Of a stretch of DNA of 6,145 bases, positions 1 through 5,110 are shown piece by piece. The DNA comes from a virus, in IMG/VR virus record IMGVR_UViG_3300045988_001610, positions 1 through 6,145 of that record; one strand, written 5' to 3'. Made by a program: the position numbers and the translations under genes. Numbering within the stretch: the stretch's first letter is position 1; every line of letters starts with the position of its first letter. Below the pieces are notes generated by a model. That model was not told where the DNA came from. It ran no database searches and saw nothing but the letters and a program-made list of their open reading frames with translations.

Positions 1-55
1 GAACACCGCCAGCACCTGTATTATAAATAGGAGCGACACCACCAACTTCGATAGA
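1..55. repeat. Terminal direct repeat (copy 1), a circular-contig overlap
   Basis: Bases 1-55 (gaacaccgccagcacctgtattataaataggagcgacaccaccaacttcgataga) are identical to 6091-6145. The VP1 reading frame is continuous across the join. Confidence 0.98.
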
Positions 56-859
56 CGGAAGACTGACAGAAAGTTTACCGGAAGAACCAACAGGAACAAA
101 AGCTACATCACCAAACTGAGTGTTAGGCATAGCACCCATATAAAGATCTTTATTCCAATTGGCATAACGAAGCTCAAAAACTGAATCGTTCGGATTAGCA
201 TCAAAAAGATCTTTTGAAAAAGCTACAGGTGTAGAATCCTCACCGTTCCAAAAGTCGCAGTTATAAGTCCAAGGCTTATTTACTTCCCATTGAGAATGCC
301 GATAGTAATCATTATAAATCTTTTGATAGGCATAGAACGGGAAAGCAGATAGACGAAGATTAGCAAGCGTCTTAGACGGGTCAGTTTCACCTACACCTAA
401 ATAATTAAACAACTTGTAAAAACCACTTGAACGAGCAAAACCAAACATATTATTATGATATGTAGAAGCCTTAACATTGTCAACAGCTTTGTTTAAAGTC
501 GCAAGATCAACCCAAGGAAGTTTACGATTGAAAGTAATACTTTGAGTACCTGATGCAGCATAGTTAGGTTGATTCTCCATAGACATAATAGCCTCGTTTG
601 AATTCCTATACATCAAATGAAGAGGTACAAAGAACCATTCATAATACTCACGAATACGAGTAAATGCAGAAGTGTCAACAGGTTGTGTACGTGTAAACCA
701 TTCTTGCGAAACCTGAAATTTATCACCCGGGAGGCAAAATTTCCAATAAACAGGCAATAGTTCACCGACCTTAGCGGTAAAAGCATTTTTATTACCTAAA
801 TCAAATCCTGAACGGCGAGGTTTATTTTTAATATCGCCGTAAGAAAAAAGACCAGCCAT
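1..859 (-). CDS. VP1: Major capsid protein VP1 (phiX F-like), N-terminal part; the CDS wraps across the circular junction and continues at 6090 down to 5111
   Basis: ATG at 859-857. Hand translation gives MAGLFSYGDIKNKPRRSGFDLGNKNAFTAKVGELLPVYWKFCLPGDKFQVSQEWFTRTQPVDTSAFTRIREYYEWFFVPLHLMYRN...RYANWNKDLYMGAMPNTQFGDVA..., which I recognise as a Microviridae (Alpavirinae-like) capsid N-terminus. The frame stays open to base 1 and is in phase with 5111-6090: 859 + 980 = 1839 nt = 612 codons plus stop. The ORF track misses this part because it runs off the window edge. Confidence 0.95.
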   Translation of the reverse strand, partial: MAGLFSYGDIKNKPRRSGFDLGNKNAFTAKVGELLPVYWKFCLPGDKFQVSQEWFTRTQPVDTSAFTRIREYYEWFFVPLHLMYRNSNEAIMSMENQPNYAASGTQSITFNRKLPWVDLATLNKAVDNVKASTYHNNMFGFARSSGFYKLFNYLGVGETDPSKTLANLRLSAFPFYAYQKIYNDYYRHSQWEVNKPWTYNCDFWNGEDSTPVAFSKDLFDANPNDSVFELRYANWNKDLYMGAMPNTQFGDVAFVPVGSSGKLSVSLPSIEVGGVAPIYNTGAGGV

Positions 860-864
860 AAAAA

Positions 865-1074
865 TTAATCTTTAAAATTAAACTTAAGTTGAATTATCTC
901 CGTTTCCGAAAGAGCGTCAAGAGGTCTAACAGAAACATCAGTATTTTGCGAAATATGTCTATACTCAATTTCATATAAGTACTGTTTAAAATAATGAACA
1001 TAACTTTCAGGTATCCCGTCTAATGTATCATTATGAATAGACGGGAAACTCTCAATATCAATACCGTAAGCCAT
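865..1074 (-). CDS. Hypothetical small acidic protein (69 aa), function unknown
   Basis: The ATG at 1074-1072 shares one base with the peptidase TGA (TGATG). The stop lies 5 nt upstream of the VP1 ATG, so the ORF exactly fills the gap between two well-supported genes on the same strand. No motif recognised; net acidic. Confidence 0.6.
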   Translation of the reverse strand: MAYGIDIESFPSIHNDTLDGIPESYVHYFKQYLYEIEYRHISQNTDVSVRPLDALSETEIIQLKFNFKD

Positions 1075-1469
1075 CAGTTATCCCTTACAATAACTTCATG
1101 CCGATAAGCAGGAGAATAGGACACATGAACGAACTTCTTCTTCTGATAATAGATCAATTGATCAAAAGGAAGATCAGATTCAGCGATAAGATCAAAGAGT
1201 GCTTTCGGGTTATCACAACGAAGATCAGCAGCCAAACCTTGCATGTGCTGCGAAGTAGAAACACCACCAACTAAGCGGTTAAGGAACGGACTACGGAAAC
1301 CTGAAGTAACAACAATAGGTTTACCATACATTTCACGAACAGGATCAAGTATCCAACGGCAAAGCTCAAGCAGACGATTAATATCGTCCCAGTCGGGAAG
1401 ATTATTTTCCTGAGCAGTAGACGCCGTAAGAATCATCTCAGTGAAAGAAAAATACTTGGGTCTGTACAT
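1074..1469 (-). CDS. Zinc D-Ala-D-Ala carboxypeptidase-like peptidase, M15 / LAS family (probable endolysin)
   Basis: The sequence SGFRSPFLNRLVGGVSTSQHMQGLAADL contains the SGxRS...N...GG..S.H..G.A.D signature with H-x6-D (His codon 1245-1247, Asp codon 1224-1226). A downstream FVHVS (third His) fits Peptidase_M15_3 / phage T5-type L-alanoyl-D-glutamate peptidases. I prefer the ATG at 1469 (MYRPKYFSFTEM...). The ORF track's start at 1505 is a GTG that overlaps the VP4 3' end by 14 nt and remains possible. Confidence 0.85.
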   Translation of the reverse strand: MYRPKYFSFTEMILTASTAQENNLPDWDDINRLLELCRWILDPVREMYGKPIVVTSGFRSPFLNRLVGGVSTSQHMQGLAADLRCDNPKALFDLIAESDLPFDQLIYYQKKKFVHVSYSPAYRHEVIVRDN

Positions 1470-1491
1470 AGCTACAATGTTTAATAATGAA

Positions 1492-3102
1492 TCAATGTTT
1501 ATCACATTCGGCGATCAATGCGCAGTTCAAATCATTAAGATATTTGTGCTTTATACGCTGTCGATTATCTGCAGCAACCTCTGCATAGGCAGCTCGACAA
1601 AACGGAGATAAAGCCAGCACTTCACGATAAGAATTACGCATCAACTCGCCGTCAGTAAGTGGATAAAAATATCTAAAATCAACCTGAGTAGACAGGTAAT
1701 TGTTTTGAGACCAAGACTCAACCTTTAAAAGCTGATCATGAAGATGTTTAGCGTCCATATAGCTATAAAAGGAATAAATCGTTCGAAACGCTTTACGTAA
1801 TTGACCATAAAAAGCAATATGATTGGACGGAACAGTTATCCAATGATCACAAAGATTGCGATAAGCCAAAAGCAAGCGATACACAGCAGAACATCCCTCT
1901 AATTCGCTAAAATTGAGATACAAAGATAAACGACAAGCATTATAGATGAAACGAAGCGTTTCGGGGGCATTGTCCAAACTGTGATCAACTTGCAAATATT
2001 TTTTAATAACAAAGAAAGTACGCTTAGCCTGCTCAAACAAAGTCACTTCATCAAGGAACCCATATCTTGAGAGGACTTGAGGTATTTTAGAGACAAAGAG
2101 CGCAGTTCTAACGTTAGAATCAACATCCGATACAGAAGAGCGGTCAAGAATGGGGTATAGTCGATTGATAAGCGACCGCTTAGGGAGGCAAAGTGTAGGC
2201 TTACCACCGAGAGAGAGGTAAATTCCATCAACGAACTTATCGAATATTTCCGTGTTTTCTTCGGGCTTAAAAGCTTCGATAAACGAGCGTTCCGCAAAAT
2301 GCTGTGAAAAACGTCCGAATGGCGCGATTTTTCTATTACATCTATAAAACTCGGGAAGACAGTGAGAACTATTAAGATATCCCGCAACGTACGATGAAGC
2401 GGAAGACCATACACGTTGCGTATCTGAATTACCAAAGCGCCATGCCTTATCCACAAGCTGTCCAAATACCTGGGCGAGCCGTTCCGAGTCAAAGAAAAAT
2501 AAGATATGGAAATGCGGACGGAATGTTTTAGGACCGTATTCTCCGACAGTGTACGTATAAATCTTTTCATCTGTATATTTTTTTATTTGTTGATTAATTC
2601 TTTTATGAAATAGTTGAACATCTCGGTAATTAAGGTAGGGTAACAAATCGCCCATATTAGGATATTTAACAACAGAACGACCATCAGGATAAACAGTCCT
2701 ATCAAGATGCGTTTTAGCCAAGAGACCGGTAACAGCTTCATCACTGAGATTAGTTGGATAATCAAATTCTTCATCACAAAAAGACATTTTACGATTATAT
2801 CCTTGAGATGTAACATACGTGTAAACATGATCACGAGGTACACAACAAAAATGGTAAGAATCATTAAATTTATAAAACCTTGCAACAGGTATATGCTCTG
2901 TGGAATAAGTCAAAGTTACAAAGAAACAACAACGAGAAGATACAAGCTGAATGTTACAACGAAGTTCCTTCTGAATAGCTTTATTGGAAAGACACACCTC
3001 ACATTTACCACATTCAATATATATGGGATCACCTGTATATCTGTTTTTAATAATAACAGGATGCAAACAAGAGCAATATGGTTTAACTACTGGATTAATC
3101 AT
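1492..3102 (-). CDS. VP4: Replication initiation protein VP4 (rolling-circle HUH endonuclease, phiX gpA-like)
   Basis: RCR motif 1 is FFVTLTY. The HUH motif is RPHFHILFFF (HFHIL = 2500-2514). The double-tyrosine motif is SSYVAGYLN (YVAGY = 2377-2391; compare YVAKY in phiX174 A protein). The N-terminus has a Cys cluster, CSCLHP...CGKCEVC. The track's start at 3141 is a TTG; the ATG at 3102 (MINPVVKPYCSC...) is more likely. Confidence 0.95.
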   Translation of the reverse strand: MINPVVKPYCSCLHPVIIKNRYTGDPIYIECGKCEVCLSNKAIQKELRCNIQLVSSRCCFFVTLTYSTEHIPVARFYKFNDSYHFCCVPRDHVYTYVTSQGYNRKMSFCDEEFDYPTNLSDEAVTGLLAKTHLDRTVYPDGRSVVKYPNMGDLLPYLNYRDVQLFHKRINQQIKKYTDEKIYTYTVGEYGPKTFRPHFHILFFFDSERLAQVFGQLVDKAWRFGNSDTQRVWSSASSYVAGYLNSSHCLPEFYRCNRKIAPFGRFSQHFAERSFIEAFKPEENTEIFDKFVDGIYLSLGGKPTLCLPKRSLINRLYPILDRSSVSDVDSNVRTALFVSKIPQVLSRYGFLDEVTLFEQAKRTFFVIKKYLQVDHSLDNAPETLRFIYNACRLSLYLNFSELEGCSAVYRLLLAYRNLCDHWITVPSNHIAFYGQLRKAFRTIYSFYSYMDAKHLHDQLLKVESWSQNNYLSTQVDFRYFYPLTDGELMRNSYREVLALSPFCRAAYAEVAADNRQRIKHKYLNDLNCALIAECDKH

Positions 3103-3105
3103 GTA

Positions 3106-3142
3106 CAAAGATAAACGATAAAAATTGAAATGTGCAAGCAAA
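3106..3142 (-). promoter_or_regulatory. Possible Bacteroidota-type promoter upstream of VP4
   Basis: The minus strand reads TTTG (3142-3139)...TATCTTTG (3113-3106), which matches the Bacteroides -33 TTTG / -7 TAnnTTTG consensus. The -7 box ends 3 nt before the ATG at 3102, which would imply a near-leaderless mRNA. The spacing is only approximate. Confidence 0.2.
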
Positions 3143-3230
3143 CGTTTTTTTTTTAACTATAAATTAACATTAAAAACATACCTATATATATAGTGATGTC
3201 ACTTTTGCTAATCATGAACAAGGAGGTTTG

Positions 3231-3256
3231 AATCGGAAATAACAGTTAATCCGATT
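3231..3256. other. Perfect 7-bp stem / 12-nt loop hairpin in the AT-rich intergenic region
   Basis: aatcgga (3231-3237) pairs with tccgatt (3250-3256) around the loop aataacagttaa. It is nested within an 8-bp inverted repeat, cacttttg (3200-3207) / caaaagtg (3266-3273). Confidence 0.4.
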
Positions 3257-3290
3257 TGCTTCGCACAAAAGTGTTAGAACTTCGTACCAT

Positions 3291-3312
3291 TTATTAACAT
3301 AACTTTATGATG
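3291..3312 (-). promoter_or_regulatory. dif / XerD-arm-like AT-rich palindrome (candidate attP or Rep recognition site)
   Basis: The minus strand reads CATAA-AG-TTATGTTAATAA. TTATGTTAA matches the first 9 nt of the E. coli dif XerD arm (TTATGTTAAAT), and CATAA matches the inner end of the XerC arm (GGTGCGCATAA). The spacer is 2 nt rather than 6, and the outer XerC arm matches poorly. Confidence 0.25.
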
Positions 3313-3510
3313 CCTCCGGCGGCCACGGCTGCGGCCCGTGGACAACCGACGTTTTTTTCATTCTTCGCTCCCGCTCGACATAGAGATTTAGGGAGCGTGC
3401 CTGCTCCCCCCAGAGGGACCCCCCATGCGCTGGACGGAAAGAGGGGACAGGTAGAATAGTGAAGCAGGAGAGCCAAACGGCTAAGGGCTGACTCATCACG
3501 AGCCAGCCGA
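3311..3510. other. GC-rich, hairpin-dense island in the VP2-VP4 intergenic region (unassigned: candidate complementary-strand origin, structured RNA or acquired segment)
   Basis: Hand count gives 123/200 G+C here, against 45/160 in 3141-3300 and 42/100 in 3541-3640. Stem-loops: 3478-3482+3486-3489 pair with 3501-3504+3505-3509 (9 bp, 3-nt bulge). 3391-3396 pairs with 3403-3408. 3366-3372 pairs with 3391-3397. 3317-3328 pairs with 3336-3351. 3400-3405 pairs with 3463-3468. C6 runs lie at 3406-3411 and 3419-3424, opposite G blocks. Confidence 0.7.
3317..3358 (+). terminator. Intrinsic-terminator-like GC hairpin followed by T7, oriented on the plus (non-coding) strand
   Basis: Inner stem ccacgg (3323-3328) pairs with ccgtgg (3336-3341), with the 7-nt loop ctgcggc. 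Outer stem cggcgg (3317-3322) pairs with ccgacg (3346-3351), with one mismatch and a 4-nt bulge. TTTTTTT at 3352-3358 follows immediately. On the minus strand the run precedes the hairpin as A7, so the element is not a terminator for the phage genes. Confidence 0.45.
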
Positions 3511-3537
3511 TAGTAATTAACCAACAAAATAAACACA

Positions 3538-4602
3538 CTACCTACGATAGCGTTGACGAGTAGAAGAATAACCCTGATTATCGTCAAATTGTTCTATCAC
3601 AGAACGACCTTCACGACGGAAAGAACCGAACTTCAACAATGAACCAACGGCATTAGAAAGACCATCAATAAACTTGCCTGCGTTATTGATACCTCTATCC
3701 CAACGTGCTTTAACGGGGTCCTGAGACCAACGATCCATCTTACCTGTACGAAAACCAATATCATTGGAAAATTGAGAATAACCACGGTTAAAAGCAGCTT
3801 CATTCTCTTTAGCTGTACGGGTAGCATCTATCACGGCATCAGCAGTAGAACGAGCGATCTTATTGGAAATATGTTGACCTTGTGTACGTGCTTCAATTTC
3901 CAAGCGAGAAGCAATCAGATTCTTTGCTTGTTCTTCGGAAATAACACCCTCACGAATCATATTCCAATATTGTGCACCATTCATTTGCAACTGTATGCGC
4001 TTTTCCTCAGGAAGATACATATTCAGAACTTCCTGTGCATCATTGCGAAGAAGAAGATTAGCTCTCTGTGCAATCGCAACATCCGCTTGTCTCTGAGTAA
4101 AATAAGTATCTGCCATAGTCTTTCCAATCTGAGATTCATAAGTAGGAACACCATACTTATCAAGTAAATCAGACTCGGTGCTAGTTTTACGAGCATCAGA
4201 CATAGATTTCATGGCAGAGGCATAAGAAGCAACATCACCAATCATATTAGTAGGCGTAAACTGATAAGGCGAACCACCTGAACCAGAAGCACCTGAAACA
4301 GTATTAGCAGAAGTAGAAGAAGCTGTACCAGCAGAACCACCGCTCATCATCAAATAAGGATTTAAACCAGCAGCTTCTAAGCGTGCACGCTGATTTTTAG
4401 CGGAGTTCCACTCATTAGTAGCATCAAACATTGACCGAGCAAAGTCACGTGACTTTTGAGATTCAGAACTCGCCCATTCGTTCTGAATTCCCTGCATTTC
4501 AAGCTGATGTTTCCTATTCTTATCTCCTTGCTTATTATTGCCAATTTGATTAACGATGCCACCAGCTAAAGAACCAGCAGCACCGATTGCAGCACCAATC
4601 AT
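3538..4602 (-). CDS. VP2: Minor capsid / DNA pilot protein VP2 (phiX H-like)
   Basis: 354 aa. It has a Gly/Ala-rich N-terminus (MIGAAIGAAGSLAGG), the conserved-looking NQRARLEAAGLNPYLMM segment, a Gly/Ser/Thr low-complexity linker and a coiled, charged C-terminal half. These features and its position after VP1 are typical of Microviridae VP2. The ATG overlaps the upstream stop as ATGA. Confidence 0.9.
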   Translation of the reverse strand: MIGAAIGAAGSLAGGIVNQIGNNKQGDKNRKHQLEMQGIQNEWASSESQKSRDFARSMFDATNEWNSAKNQRARLEAAGLNPYLMMSGGSAGTASSTSANTVSGASGSGGSPYQFTPTNMIGDVASYASAMKSMSDARKTSTESDLLDKYGVPTYESQIGKTMADTYFTQRQADVAIAQRANLLLRNDAQEVLNMYLPEEKRIQLQMNGAQYWNMIREGVISEEQAKNLIASRLEIEARTQGQHISNKIARSTADAVIDATRTAKENEAAFNRGYSQFSNDIGFRTGKMDRWSQDPVKARWDRGINNAGKFIDGLSNAVGSLLKFGSFRREGRSVIEQFDDNQGYSSTRQRYRR

Positions 4603-5099
4603 TCCGTAGACGATTGGGCGACAGATTGAGTAGACTGAGTAGGCTCAACAACAGGAGCCGACAAAGAAGAAGCATAAGCCTGCAAATCAGATTCTAAAAA
4701 TTGACCCTCAGAAAGAAGATGATCAAGCCAAGAAGCCATTTCAGTAGCCGACTGTATATTGCGATCCTTACAATAATCAAGCAAGAAATCATCATTGTAG
4801 TTACGTGTATAATTCGAAGAGCGAGGAACAAGGCTATTCATATAACGGCGTAACTGAGTCTGATTCATATTGTCAATAGCTTTTTGACCAAACAAAATGC
4901 CATAATCAGAACAGAACGTAACAGAACCATCTGCATTATGATCAAAAAGAAAATCACCAACGGGATTAGGTTCAGGTAAAATCCCCTGAGCAAGCATTTC
5001 AGAGGTCACAACACACCGACAACTCTGCGAGTGATCGGAAATATCAGAGTTAAGCGAATATTTCACAAAACCTCTTAAGGGAGTATTTTTTTCAGACAT
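4599..5099 (-). CDS. Hypothetical protein (166 aa); possible internal scaffolding protein, by position only
   Basis: The ATG at 5099 lies 11 nt after the VP1 stop, and the TGA overlaps the VP2 ATG (ATGA, 4599-4602). The ORF fills the VP1-VP2 gap on the coding strand. No motif recognised. The scaffold assignment rests only on analogy with microvirus gene order. Confidence 0.75.
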   Translation of the reverse strand: MSEKNTPLRGFVKYSLNSDISDHSQSCRCVVTSEMLAQGILPEPNPVGDFLFDHNADGSVTFCSDYGILFGQKAIDNMNQTQLRRYMNSLVPRSSNYTRNYNDDFLLDYCKDRNIQSATEMASWLDHLLSEGQFLESDLQAYASSLSAPVVEPTQSTQSVAQSSTE

Positions 5100-5110
5100 A
5101 ACGATAAATA

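Noticed and set aside
2707-3114. Plus-strand 135-aa ORF; the same applies to the plus-strand ORFs at 3772-4167 and 5594-5866
   Set aside because: These ORFs are antisense to VP4, VP2 and VP1, which have clear family motifs. The translations are low-complexity and Ile/Phe/Asn/Thr/Arg-rich with no recognisable domain, so they are typical shadow ORFs.
3103-3141. TTG start for VP4 at 3141, and likewise the GTG start for the peptidase at 1505
   Set aside because: Both are non-ATG starts chosen by longest-ORF logic. In-frame ATGs at 3102 and 1469 give N-termini that look like homologues (Cys-cluster start; FSFTEM near the N-terminus). I keep the longer starts only as alternatives.
3220-3226. Perfect Shine-Dalgarno-like AAGGAGG on the plus strand
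   Set aside because: No ATG/GTG/TTG lies 5-10 nt downstream that opens an ORF (the nearest frame stops within a few codons). None of the real genes uses an SD.
3225-3234. GGTTTGAATC, which resembles a tRNA T-arm (GGTTCGAATC)
   Set aside because: There is no flanking acceptor, D or anticodon stem to build a cloverleaf on either strand.
3306-3358. Fluoride (crcB)-riboswitch-like string AUGAUGCCUCC followed by a terminator
   Set aside because: The upstream aptamer elements (GGCGAUGG...helix, AAAC-GC segment) are absent. Only the short 3' string is similar.
3359-3510. Self-cleaving ribozyme (hammerhead, HDV-like, twister) in the GC island
   Set aside because: The minus strand has GUGAUGAG rather than the CUGAUGA hammerhead core, and no properly placed GAAA plus stems. 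The GGUCCC and CGAA strings recall HDV and twister, but I could not thread a consistent P1/P2/P3/P1.1 nested fold. This cannot be settled without a covariance-model search.
3517-3540. Possible TAG read-through or recoding that would extend VP2 into the island
   Set aside because: Reading through the TAG in the VP2 frame meets a TAA after only six more codons.
3294-3587. 97-aa minus-strand ORF spanning the VP2 3' end and the GC island
   Set aside because: It overlaps 50 nt of VP2 in another frame. It is open mainly because GC-rich sequence lacks stop codons, it is Ala/Gly/Leu-rich low-complexity, and it has no coupling to neighbouring genes.
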